Positions 50,570 through 59,340 of a stretch of DNA of 64,000 nucleotides are shown one piece after another. The notes under the pieces were generated by a model. The model worked only from the letters and a program-made list of their open reading frames with translations. It was not told where the DNA came from and searched no databases. Made by a program: the position numbers and the translations under genes. Positions within the stretch are counted from its first letter, which is position 1; the number at the start of each line of letters is the position of its first letter. The stretch comes from an uncultured virus (IMG/VR IMGVR_UViG_3300010233_000006) (Duplodnaviria > Heunggongvirae > Uroviricota > Caudoviricetes), in IMG/VR virus record IMGVR_UViG_3300010233_000006; one strand, written 5' to 3'.

Positions 50570-51106
50570 TTACGCCACCTGCGGATTCAGTCGTTCCGAA
50601 TTTGCCTTGTCCAGCAGTACCAGACAAGCGGGGCACTTCTCGGCGTGCCGGATATCTCCCATGGCAAGCGATTCTCCGCCATGGGCATAGGCTTCCAGTT
50701 CTGCGGGATCAAGATGTCCAGTGCGAGGAGCCGGTGGTGGCTCGTCCGGCGTCCTTTCAGAATCCTCTTGGTCTTCGGGTATTCTTCCCGTCATCACAGC
50801 ACGCCGCCACTTCTCCGCGAATTCTTCCGACACCGCTAAGGCGCAGGCCTCGCCGATCGCCATGGTAATCCGGGCAATGGTATCCATGCGGATCAGCCTA
50901 CCCAAATCTGCCAGCGTCAGGTCCGCATGCTTCTCCCGCGTCATCGCATAAAATAGACCGCGGAGTTGCTTGGCGGTATTCGATCCCTGCGATTCGATAC
51001 CGGCCAATAGGTTGCAAGCGACCTCATCCTCCAGATCGCAGAGGGTATTGAAGTCATACTCCAACTCGAGGGTCTTGTCGTCAATCAGAAGCTTGGAAAA
51101 TGGCAT
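50570..51106 (-). CDS. tail assembly chaperone-like protein
   Basis: LEYDFNTLCDLE; position downstream of tail tube. Confidence 0.6.
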   Translation of the reverse strand: MPFSKLLIDDKTLELEYDFNTLCDLEDEVACNLLAGIESQGSNTAKQLRGLFYAMTREKHADLTLADLGRLIRMDTIARITMAIGEACALAVSEEFAEKWRRAVMTGRIPEDQEDSERTPDEPPPAPRTGHLDPAELEAYAHGGESLAMGDIRHAEKCPACLVLLDKANSERLNPQVA

Positions 51107-51109
51107 CTC

Positions 51110-51784
51110 TCAGTTGATCCTTTGGGGCTTCCGCATTTCGGGAAGCGAATGCAATACGGCCTGGATTTCTTCTCCGGTGAGCCCGCGGTCCTCGTCTTCC
51201 GGCCATGGGTGAAACATGAAGCTCTTGGGCTGAAAAGGCTGCTTCGGGGCGCACATCGAGAAGTTGGCACCATAGGCTACGATCGTGCCCATCTGAAGCT
51301 CCTGCCAGCGCATATTCTCGAGCCGCTGGCGCGAGAGCGCCTGGAGCATCCGGGGCGTCATAGCCAGCCATTCCTGATCCGAGAGACGCAGATTTTCGTG
51401 TCCGATGGCCCAGGCTTCCATCCAGGAAAGAGGCTCCCGTTCCTTACCTTCCCCGGTTGGCCTTCGCTTTTCCGGCTCCGGCATGGAGGCTTCCCATGCA
51501 TCCAGAAGTGCCACCCGGATTCTAGCCATACCCCCCAGCCTGAGAAGTTCGCCCGCCTGTTGCAGCGAGAATGTGGCACCCGCGTGCTTCAGCACCACGA
51601 ATAGAGCGGCCCTGAGGAGCTTCCCGGAAGGCCTGACAAGGCTGATCTGCCCTGCCATGGCATCTAGCCCCGTCAACTCCCACAGATCCAGTAGGGCGTC
51701 ATGGGTAAACAGGACGGGCCAGAGCTTCCCGCCGGCCGATAATTCGACCCGGCGGGAGAGCCGGAAGGAAAGCGGTAACGCCAT
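51110..51784 (-). CDS. tail assembly chaperone (G/T-like)
   Basis: FTHDALLDLWE; LSDQEWLAMTPR; directly after tail tube. Confidence 0.65.
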   Translation of the reverse strand: MALPLSFRLSRRVELSAGGKLWPVLFTHDALLDLWELTGLDAMAGQISLVRPSGKLLRAALFVVLKHAGATFSLQQAGELLRLGGMARIRVALLDAWEASMPEPEKRRPTGEGKEREPLSWMEAWAIGHENLRLSDQEWLAMTPRMLQALSRQRLENMRWQELQMGTIVAYGANFSMCAPKQPFQPKSFMFHPWPEDEDRGLTGEEIQAVLHSLPEMRKPQRIN

Positions 51785-51787
51785 GGA

Positions 51788-52228
51788 TTACGCGACCGTT
51801 TCGGTGATCGTTCCCGTCATTTGCATCGACACTTTGACGTCGATGGCTTTGTTCGGCTCGAATGGGCCGGTCTCGTAATCCACCACGAAGGCCAGGCCGC
51901 TGGAGGTCAAAGTCTTAGCACCTTTCTGCATCGGCGATGTGATCTGCCAGGGGAAGACCGTCTGGCCGGCCGCCAGCGTGTTGAAGTTCAACTGCGTGGC
52001 ATCCCCGATAAAGTTTCCGGTGATCTCGATCGTCCCGGGTTTTTTGATACCGGGCGTCATTTCTTCTGTGGCATTCGGTGACAGAAGATGCGTCAGATCG
52101 ACCGCAGGGACGGTGTAGTTCTTCTTGTTGATGGTCTTGATTTCCAGGACTGCTGTGTACGTGGGAGGGGAGCCGGTTCCGGTGTAAAAGATTGCACCAT
52201 AGCCGGTGTTTCCGAGGGAAGCTGACAT
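51788..52228 (-). CDS. major tail tube protein
   Basis: VDLTHLLSP...PGIKKPG; SMQMTG. Confidence 0.85.
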   Translation of the reverse strand: MSASLGNTGYGAIFYTGTGSPPTYTAVLEIKTINKKNYTVPAVDLTHLLSPNATEEMTPGIKKPGTIEITGNFIGDATQLNFNTLAAGQTVFPWQITSPMQKGAKTLTSSGLAFVVDYETGPFEPNKAIDVKVSMQMTGTITETVA

Positions 52229-52280
52229 GTCTGTGTTCTCCTGTTTGGGGAAAGTGAAATCTTGGAAAACCGCGAAGAGG

Positions 52281-52700
52281 TTACTGAGAGGCCAGGGGGG
52301 CGTCGAGGTAATCTATCTCATATTCGAGCATCCGCCGGTAGTTTCGCGCTGCCTCATTGAAATAGTCCCTGATGTCCGAACGGAAGCATCCATAGACGAT
52401 GGTTTTGTCCTGATCGCCTAATGTGCCCCGGAAGCCGCTGAGAACGTTATCGATTGCCCGGCCGAGGCGGATGGCGTCGGCTGCAGCGTCGGGATTTGCA
52501 TAGCAATCGATCTGGATGCGCCCGTTGATGAAGTTCTTGGTGCCGTCCAGACAATACGTCACTGGAGCCGAGACCACCGTGTACGTCCAGGAAGGGAGTG
52601 CGTGGCCATCCGGCAGTTGCACCATGAAGCCACCCTCCGGGCAGAGGGCGACTACGGTAGAATCGGATTGGACGAGTTTAACGATGCCCTCTTCTATCAC
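52281..52700 (-). CDS. tail terminator (DUF3168-like)
   Basis: RIQIDCYA; synteny. Confidence 0.8.
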   Translation of the reverse strand: MIEEGIVKLVQSDSTVVALCPEGGFMVQLPDGHALPSWTYTVVSAPVTYCLDGTKNFINGRIQIDCYANPDAAADAIRLGRAIDNVLSGFRGTLGDQDKTIVYGCFRSDIRDYFNEAARNYRRMLEYEIDYLDAPLASQ

Positions 52701-52727
52701 CGAATTCTCACTTGGGAGGTTTCAAAC

Positions 52728-53027
52728 GTGAAGATATTTAAGGTCGAAATGAGAAACAGTCTGAATTGGATTTCCTCCGGCGGAGTGGCGACGGAAGTTT
52801 ATATCCAAGCAGACGGTTTCGTGGGTGCCACCGCCTATGCAGAAGATGTCGTCGCTCAGCTAGGGCAGGAAATGGGGAATGTGGGACGACTCGACGTTCG
52901 CGACGATCTACGAATTACCTCGATTACCGAGATATCCGAATTCTTGCAGGCTGAGGCTCCCGATAGGGCCGAACAATTAAAAGACTGGGCCGCGCGTAAA
53001 GCGCAACTCATAAGAAAGCAATCCTGA
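52728..53027 (+). CDS. hypothetical protein (opposite-strand moron)
   Basis: GGGAGG RBS then GTG. Confidence 0.5.
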   Translation: MKIFKVEMRNSLNWISSGGVATEVYIQADGFVGATAYAEDVVAQLGQEMGNVGRLDVRDDLRITSITEISEFLQAEAPDRAEQLKDWAARKAQLIRKQS

Positions 53028-53149
53028 TCCTTCAGGTGCGTTGGGTGAGGATGTGCATATGCCACAATTTGTGGGAATTTACTTGGACAGATTCTACATT
53101 GAACCAGTGCGCCAGCCCGAACCGCAGGCATGGTGGACGAAGAAGAATC

Positions 53150-53824
53150 CTAAGCGTGAAGCGCCCGCACTCGCGCCATCGAATCCTGACAACTCTGCTC
53201 CCGCTGTTCCGCACTCATAACTCGTAGGAAGCTGGAAGAATAAGCGCGCTCGCCAAAGCCATGGTAGACTTTTGCGAGTGGCGTCACGGCCAACTTGAAC
53301 CCGGCCCGTTGCGCCCGCGCACACCAGTCCTCATCCTCGCCGCCGTAGCCCGTGAATTCCTCATTGAGGCGGCCCACCACGTTCAGGGCATGCCGCGGCA
53401 GGTAAACGCACACGAATGGGACGTAAGCCTTGCTTTCCACCCATTCCACATCGCCAAGATTCGTGGAACCTCGCGCCAGCAGGTTATTGATGCCATCCCC
53501 TAAAATCTGGGGGGAAAGCAGGCCAATCGAGGGATTCTGGCGGCAGATCCGGGACAGCGTGTCGAGCATGGGCGCCGCGAACTGAACGTCATCATTGGTC
53601 AGGAGCACATCCTCCGGCCAGGCTCCCATCATTCCGAGATTGGCATTACGGGCGAAGCAGAATGGCTCCGGGCCGGCGAAGTGCCGCCATTGTGGATCGA
53701 CCTTGGCCCCGCCGCTGGTGACGGCCAGCTTTTGGAAGCACAGGGGCTCGTGGATATTGACGGACGCGGCCAGTGCGGCAAAGATTTCAGGGAAGCGGGT
53801 AAGCGTTACGATGGCTACGGACAA
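53150..53824 (-). CDS. glycosyltransferase family 2
   Basis: FARNANLG, LLTNDDV, YGGEDEDWCARA; start approximate. Confidence 0.85.
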   Translation of the reverse strand: MSVAIVTLTRFPEIFAALAASVNIHEPLCFQKLAVTSGGAKVDPQWRHFAGPEPFCFARNANLGMMGAWPEDVLLTNDDVQFAAPMLDTLSRICRQNPSIGLLSPQILGDGINNLLARGSTNLGDVEWVESKAYVPFVCVYLPRHALNVVGRLNEEFTGYGGEDEDWCARAQRAGFKLAVTPLAKVYHGFGERAYSSSFLRVMSAEQREQSCQDSMARVRALHA

Positions 53825-53826
53825 GT

Positions 53827-54096
53827 CTATTTCCCTCTGGCGGACAGGACACCATTGACCAGCTTCATTCTGTTGATCGTCCGGATGGCTTGGTGATTCA
53901 CGCCCTTCGAGGACGGCACGCACTCCGAAAGTTCAACCCGAGCCACGGCGAATCTGCGATTTGGCTTACCCAGATGCATGGTTTGGATCAGATAAGCGGC
54001 CTGGGTCGCGCCTTCGGATGAATCGTGAGATCCATCGATCAGCGTGGGGTTGTCGTATTGATCGAGTTCGGCAAGCCAATATTGCGGAGATCTCAT
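53827..54096 (-). CDS. hypothetical protein
   Basis: ATGA-coupled ORF. Confidence 0.5.
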   Translation of the reverse strand: MRSPQYWLAELDQYDNPTLIDGSHDSSEGATQAAYLIQTMHLGKPNRRFAVARVELSECVPSSKGVNHQAIRTINRMKLVNGVLSARGK

Positions 54097-54419
54097 GCAG
54101 TCCTGAAACTCGGATTGGATTGACGCCATTCTTCCCAACTCGGATCGGTAGCTTTGTGATGCAACCATTCGGGAAGATCTGGCTTCGGTTTGAACGGCGG
54201 GCGACCGTGGATACAGGGAGAGCAACGAACTCCGTCTATCCGGTGCTTTTCGCAGAAGTAGAGTCCGCATCCGCGATCGCCGCCATACGGCTCCAGGCCG
54301 CAGACATAAGCCAGCCCACGGATAATTCGCTCATTGCACTTCGGATGGTCACAGATCGCTGGCACGCCGTAGCCGATATCGCGATCCCACTTGGTATCGT
54401 AACCGATGCTCCAGCCCAA
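54093..54419 (-). CDS. conserved phage Cys-rich protein
   Basis: MGWSIGYD...RDIGYGVPAICDHPKC. Confidence 0.65.
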   Translation of the reverse strand: MGWSIGYDTKWDRDIGYGVPAICDHPKCNERIIRGLAYVCGLEPYGGDRGCGLYFCEKHRIDGVRCSPCIHGRPPFKPKPDLPEWLHHKATDPSWEEWRQSNPSFRTA

Positions 54420-54427
54420 TTTAATTC

Positions 54428-54781
54428 CTATGCCTCACGCGGTCGTCCGGCGGCGCGTAAAGCCCGGTATCCGATTGGATCTTGCGCGGATCGACGCTTT
54501 TCAATACCACGCAGTATTTCCGCTGCCATGTCTTCGTCGGTCGGCCACTTTTCAGATCCAGGAGCCTTGCGAGCAATGTCCAGCGCGGCAGCAACCCAGT
54601 CAAAAGCGGCACGCATCGATGCCTGTAACCCACCGACCCCGCCGTCAACTAGAGATTGCGCAACTTCTCCAACTCCAGCCGATCCGTATCGTTTCTTCGC
54701 GTCTTCCACCTGAATCTGGGCTGCACGCTCACAAATGAGTCGCTTTACGTTGGGGCCGATAAGGGTGGTCTTCGTTATCAT
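54428..54781 (-). CDS. hypothetical protein
   Basis: ATGA-coupled ORF. Confidence 0.5.
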   Translation of the reverse strand: MITKTTLIGPNVKRLICERAAQIQVEDAKKRYGSAGVGEVAQSLVDGGVGGLQASMRAAFDWVAAALDIARKAPGSEKWPTDEDMAAEILRGIEKRRSAQDPIGYRALRAAGRPREA

Positions 54782-55578
54782 GCCGGGATTGCCTCTCGAT
54801 CCACGCAGAGCAAATCCTTTGGATCCGAAATCAGGCTCTGCCCTTGCTTCAACCCATTGTACTGCTCGTGCCACCGCATTGCTTTTTCAGCCTGCGAGTA
54901 CCGCGGAAGCCGGTCGCGCCATAGCTTCCGTTCTCCCTGCTCCTGAGAGCGGATCGGGTAATGCTTCAGAACGAAAGGAACAGGAAATACCGAGCGGCCG
55001 GCGAAGAGCACCTGGTGGCCGCCATGGGTGTGAAGGTCCACTCGTTCCGATCCTTGAAACCACGTCTTCACATGCGGCAGGCCGGAGTCCAGAGCATCGA
55101 GCGTGTAATGGCGGAAGTATTTCTCGGGGTCGCCGTGATACCCGTTGTCGATGGGCTTGAAGGTCACAACCCGGTATTCCACGGCATTGAAGCCGTAGCA
55201 GCTGACGATTTGTAGAGCATCGGCCAACGTGACTCCGCGACCGCCATCCATTGAACCGTCTTTCCCGGGAGTCCGGCGGATTTCGTCCGCGTCGTGCAGG
55301 ATTACCCATCGCCCCTGATTGGCGAACGCCACTTCCTCGATCCGCATCAGGATGCCGGTCCAGTCATAGATCGGTAGGGGGCCGGACGGGGGCCACAATT
55401 CGATCTCCAAATCCCCTCTATCGTTCTGCCAGGAGCACTGCCGATAATATCCGATCAGTCCGTCCGTGCTCCAGTTGTCAATTAAATGAACTTGGCAGCC
55501 CTGTTCATGAAGATGAGAAATCGTCCAGGGCAGGACGTCCGCCTCGTTATAGACGGGTATGATTGCTAGGGGCTTCAT
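54778..55578 (-). CDS. glycosyltransferase family 2
   Basis: IIPVYNEAD, IDNWSTDG, LHDADE, LKHYPIRS. Confidence 0.88.
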   Translation of the reverse strand: MKPLAIIPVYNEADVLPWTISHLHEQGCQVHLIDNWSTDGLIGYYRQCSWQNDRGDLEIELWPPSGPLPIYDWTGILMRIEEVAFANQGRWVILHDADEIRRTPGKDGSMDGGRGVTLADALQIVSCYGFNAVEYRVVTFKPIDNGYHGDPEKYFRHYTLDALDSGLPHVKTWFQGSERVDLHTHGGHQVLFAGRSVFPVPFVLKHYPIRSQEQGERKLWRDRLPRYSQAEKAMRWHEQYNGLKQGQSLISDPKDLLCVDREAIPA

Positions 55579-55742
55579 TTGGGAGTGTCGGATTGACAAA
55601 TCGGTTGGGACTCCCCAAATCTCCTCTGGCAATAGGCGCATACGAAGCGCCGATCATCCCAGCATGTAGGGAAGGACTCCAAATCCCCAGCGTGCCCCAC
55701 AAGCCAGCAGAGCTTTCCACGAATCCAGAATATCGTCTTCAT
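55575..55742 (-). CDS. small DUF1660-like prophage protein
   Basis: KLCWLVGH...CAYC. Confidence 0.45.
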   Translation of the reverse strand: MKTIFWIRGKLCWLVGHAGDLESFPTCWDDRRFVCAYCQRRFGESQPICQSDTPK

Positions 55743-55814
55743 AACCGGCTCGCGCCATGGATCACCGCGATACACGGCTCCTTCTGAAAGGGGCGGATCT
55801 GGCTCCATTCGGTC

Positions 55815-56345
55815 TTCGCGCTAGGCTGCAAGCTAGGCAGACCCGCTCTGCAAAACGGCGGCTGAAGAAACTCGCCGGCAAAGAACGGCGCTTTGCCAAA
55901 CACGTCAACCATGTTATTTCTAAGCAGATCGTTGCCGTCGCAGAACGCACCGGGGCGCGGGATCGCCGTCGAGGAATTGACGGGGATACGCGGACGGATA
56001 AGGGCTACACGGCGGCAACGGGGAGTTCTGCACAGTTGGGCCTTCGCTCAGTTGCGGGCGTTCCTGGAATACAAGGCGAAGCGGGCGGGTGTCCGCCTGG
56101 TCGCCGTGGATCCCCGGAACAGCAGCCGGGAGTGTTCCGCTTGCGGACACACCGACAAACGCAACCGGCCCAACCAATCGACCTTCCGTTGCGCCGCCTG
56201 CGGTTTCGCGGCGCACGCGGATACCAACGCTGCCAGGGTGATCTCTGGCAGGGCCACTGTAAGCGGGCCGAACGTAGCAGGTTGTGCTGCAGGTTAGCAT
56301 GGCTTAGTTACAAAGCCGCCGGCTTCAGCCGCGCGGTTGCTTTAC
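55815..56345 (+). pseudogene. tnpB: 5'-truncated, frameshifted TnpB of a second lineage with right-end hairpin
   Basis: NHVISKQIV / IAVEELTGIR / SSRECSACG / FRCAACG / HADTNAA; frameshift near 55950; GCCGCCGGCTTCAGCCGCGCGGT hairpin. Confidence 0.85.
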
Positions 56346-56348
56346 CGG

Positions 56349-56636
56349 TTAGCAACTCTCGGTAAACGCCACCATGAACCTTCGCGCATAATCTGAAGGA
56401 TTCACGGCCTCTATTTCATCGATGTACAGCTTTGGGGTCCTTCCTTCGATCCATCGATCCAGCTCCTTTCCAGAAGCGACTATGCAAGCCCTCTGATTGA
56501 TGTCCTGATCATGCCGAAAAGCGGCTTTCATGGCGCAGATATTCGGAAAAACTAAGGTTGCGCCCAAATCCCGCTTGAATATCGCGATAAGTGCGGTCGT
56601 TTTGCCGGATCTTCGATCACCATAGATTTTCAACAT
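56349..56636 (-). CDS. short P-loop protein
   Basis: GDRRSGKTT and LYIDE. Confidence 0.5.
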   Translation of the reverse strand: MLKIYGDRRSGKTTALIAIFKRDLGATLVFPNICAMKAAFRHDQDINQRACIVASGKELDRWIEGRTPKLYIDEIEAVNPSDYARRFMVAFTESC

Positions 56637-56668
56637 TCTCAAAATCTTTCTACTGCGTTCGGGAACCT

Positions 56669-57364
56669 TCAGTATGACCGGCCCGCTCCGTGGATCACTG
56701 CGATACACGGCTCCTTCTGAAAGGGGCGGATCTGGCTCCATTCGGTCACGATGTCGAACTGCCGGCGGATCATCGCCCGGAATTCCTCTGGAGTAAAGTC
56801 GTGCTTATGGTGCGGGTTATCCTTGCAGGTAGGCACGACCGGGCTCGATACCACGATATGGCGGCTAAGCCTCGCCGTCCGCTCCAGGAACGCTTCTGGA
56901 TCTTCGAGGTGCTCCAGGACCTCAAAGGCCACTGTGCCCATGAATTCCTCCTGGGCCAGTGGATCGGAGGGTAGCACGAAGGTCGCGCACTGTTCTCTCC
57001 GTTCCCGAGCAATCGCCAGCGCCGCTTCAGAAGAATCCACCCCCACTACGGTATTGCGGGTGCCAGCCAGTATTTCCGAACCATAGCCTACCCCGCATCC
57101 GAAATCCAGGACTCGCGTCTCGATGAACACTCGCGAGGCGAAATCATACCGTTCCAGATGGGCATTCCGCTCCCAGCAATTGGGACAGAGGTCCACATCC
57201 AGCGCGCCGCCATCGGGTAACATCCATTCCAAGGTCGGGATATCGGGCACACAGATCAGCGGCCTTTCCCGGGGATGCCGGCGGGCATCGGACAACCCCT
57301 CAGCCGATTTCCATTGCGGTCGAAAAGGTCCCGAAACTGGCCCGAACACAAGACGGCCGATCAT
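56669..57364 (-). CDS. class I SAM-dependent methyltransferase
   Basis: VLDFGCGVGYG, FEVLEHL, NPHH. Confidence 0.9.
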   Translation of the reverse strand: MIGRLVFGPVSGPFRPQWKSAEGLSDARRHPRERPLICVPDIPTLEWMLPDGGALDVDLCPNCWERNAHLERYDFASRVFIETRVLDFGCGVGYGSEILAGTRNTVVGVDSSEAALAIARERREQCATFVLPSDPLAQEEFMGTVAFEVLEHLEDPEAFLERTARLSRHIVVSSPVVPTCKDNPHHKHDFTPEEFRAMIRRQFDIVTEWSQIRPFQKEPCIAVIHGAGRSY

Positions 57365-57819
57365 AGGGTACCTTGGACTGCACAACTTTCGGGAGATGCG
57401 GCGAGTTCACGTTCAGGAAGTCCATCCCGCAATCGTCCACCATAAACGCGGGTGAACAGCAAGATCTCTTTGCGCTCGTCATATTCCATGAATGTCCAAA
57501 TTGGACCAGGCAGCTGTATCTTCGAATAATCGGGCCACGGTGAAGGCGGCGGCGATTGCCAGGGCTTTAAATCCATGAGGGCATTGTCATATGCCTGAAT
57601 CGTTGCCTCGGATGGCTGCGGATTCAGCAGGTCGAAGGCTCGCAAATCCAAAGCTTCCAGCGCGTGTCGGATTACCCTGTATGTCCCTGCCCAAACACAC
57701 TCGAACCTGATCCAGTATCCGATACAAACTGACCATTCTGCAAAATGCGTCAGAGCCTTAGGTGCGCTGCCGACCACCCAATTCTTCACGCCGCAGGTGA
57801 GCAAAGATTCTTCTTTCAT
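57361..57819 (-). CDS. hypothetical protein
   Basis: ATGA-coupled at both ends. Confidence 0.55.
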   Translation of the reverse strand: MKEESLLTCGVKNWVVGSAPKALTHFAEWSVCIGYWIRFECVWAGTYRVIRHALEALDLRAFDLLNPQPSEATIQAYDNALMDLKPWQSPPPSPWPDYSKIQLPGPIWTFMEYDERKEILLFTRVYGGRLRDGLPERELAASPESCAVQGTL

Positions 57820-58493
57820 GCGGCACCCCACGCATATCCCGAAACGTCCGGGTTGGTGGCCAGTCGCATCCAAGGACCCTGCTCCGTCTTCCGCTCCGAA
57901 GTGTTTCCAGAATGGACCGTGGCCACGAGGAATTGCTCTCCGTTCACATTGGCCAGTTGATTCTCGGCGGCGGCCCGGTAGCCAAAACCTTCATCCTGTC
58001 CGATCTGTAAATGTTCAAACGGATGGGAAAGCCACCAGGACCGCAGAAAACAAAGCGAAGCGCCAAGCGCGATATTCACGCCACCAGGATACCGCCACCA
58101 GATGGAATTGTCAGTAAAGCAGCAGGTGTGGTATGCCGACACGGCCTTGCCGCTTCCGACTAGCCGTTCCACCTGGTCTGTTAGGCGCCCTGGTGCATAC
58201 CAGTCATCATCGTCCTGAATGGCGATTACTTCCGCGTCGATCAGGGAGCAGCCGAGGTTCCGCTTCTCTCCCATTGTCCGGGGCCGGGTATCGTTATCCA
58301 CGATGCACAGCGTAATGCGCGGATCGTCTGTGGGAACCAGGTCGCTCACGTCTTCCCCGTCCGCAAGGATCAGCAGGCGCTTGGCCGGATAGTCCTGCCA
58401 TTGGAAGCAGCGGATCGCCTTCGGGAGCCATTGGCGACGGTTCCGAGTGCAGCAGAGGCAGGTGACTGTTGGATAGATTTCAAGGCCGGGCAT
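57816..58493 (-). CDS. glycosyltransferase family 2
   Basis: QWQDYP, GEKRNLG, QDDDDWY. Confidence 0.85.
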   Translation of the reverse strand: MPGLEIYPTVTCLCCTRNRRQWLPKAIRCFQWQDYPAKRLLILADGEDVSDLVPTDDPRITLCIVDNDTRPRTMGEKRNLGCSLIDAEVIAIQDDDDWYAPGRLTDQVERLVGSGKAVSAYHTCCFTDNSIWWRYPGGVNIALGASLCFLRSWWLSHPFEHLQIGQDEGFGYRAAAENQLANVNGEQFLVATVHSGNTSERKTEQGPWMRLATNPDVSGYAWGAA

Positions 58494-58668
58494 GCGAAAG
58501 TCTTGATTTTCTGGAGCCGGATTCGAACCGGCACTGCGCTATTCCTGGTTGTCGGATCTCGCGCCACCTCAAGCGGCAGGCCACGTCATTTCGTGTGCCG
58601 AGCGGCTTCACGCACCGCAGGGTATGCCAACTTCCCCCATCCGAACATTCCCGGCCCACTTCTCATAT

Positions 58669-59052
58669 TTACACATTCTCCTGCAGCCCAAGGCAGTTAA
58701 GCTCTAAAACTGCGTTCATTTCCATCACATTGGCCACGGATCGGATCAAGTAGGTACTGCCGTTGTCGCTGGCCACCCGCATGTCCGGTGTGATTCCCGG
58801 CTGATAGTACATCGTGACGATCAGGTAGAGCTCCGTAACGGTCAAACCTCCGCGGATCACTTCTGTGCCTGAAACGATGTCGATGGCCGCCATTGCTGTC
58901 GTAAAAGGATTCCAAACGGACTTCGGGCCGGCCGCATCGAAGTTCGGTGGGCTGGCTGGACCCTGTTTCTGGATCGTCACCAGGTGCCGAAGCTTCCCGA
59001 TGTCGATGATCGGGAACCCACCCACGATCTCATAGGACTGGCTTAGAGGCAT
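58669..59052 (-). CDS. head closure / head-tail adaptor
   Basis: GKLRHLVTIQ, SGTE, ITPDMRV, YLIRSV. Confidence 0.88.
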   Translation of the reverse strand: MPLSQSYEIVGGFPIIDIGKLRHLVTIQKQGPASPPNFDAAGPKSVWNPFTTAMAAIDIVSGTEVIRGGLTVTELYLIVTMYYQPGITPDMRVASDNGSTYLIRSVANVMEMNAVLELNCLGLQENV

Positions 59053-59201
59053 GGGGAGTTTCCTAAAATCGGGCCGGGGCCCATCGATTCCGATCTGATC
59101 TTAACTCATCCGGCAGGCGAAGTGTGTTATAGTTCCCTACGTGAGCCTCAGTGTTCACCAACCCGCCACCAAACCCATCCAGCCAGAAGGCGAACAAACC
59201 A

Positions 59202-59304
59202 CGAAACCGCGCAATGCAGTGCGCGATCTCAGTCCGTCGCGGATATACGAACAGAAGGCGAAACCGCGCAATGCAGTGCGCGATCTCGATCCGCAGCGGA
59301 TATA
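59202..59304. repeat. two copies of a ~46-bp repeat (57-bp period) with internal hairpins
   Basis: CGAAACCGCGCAATGCAGTGCGCGATCTCnnTCCGnnGCGGATATA at 59202 and 59259. Confidence 0.85.
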
Positions 59305-59340
59305 GTTGATAATAAGCATAACATTTGCTTTATCAGTTAC

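Noticed and set aside
59190..59304. Hammerhead ribozyme or CRISPR array
   Set aside because: GAAAC plus stem is present but there is no CUGANGA core; only two repeats with an ~11-bp gap and no cas genes
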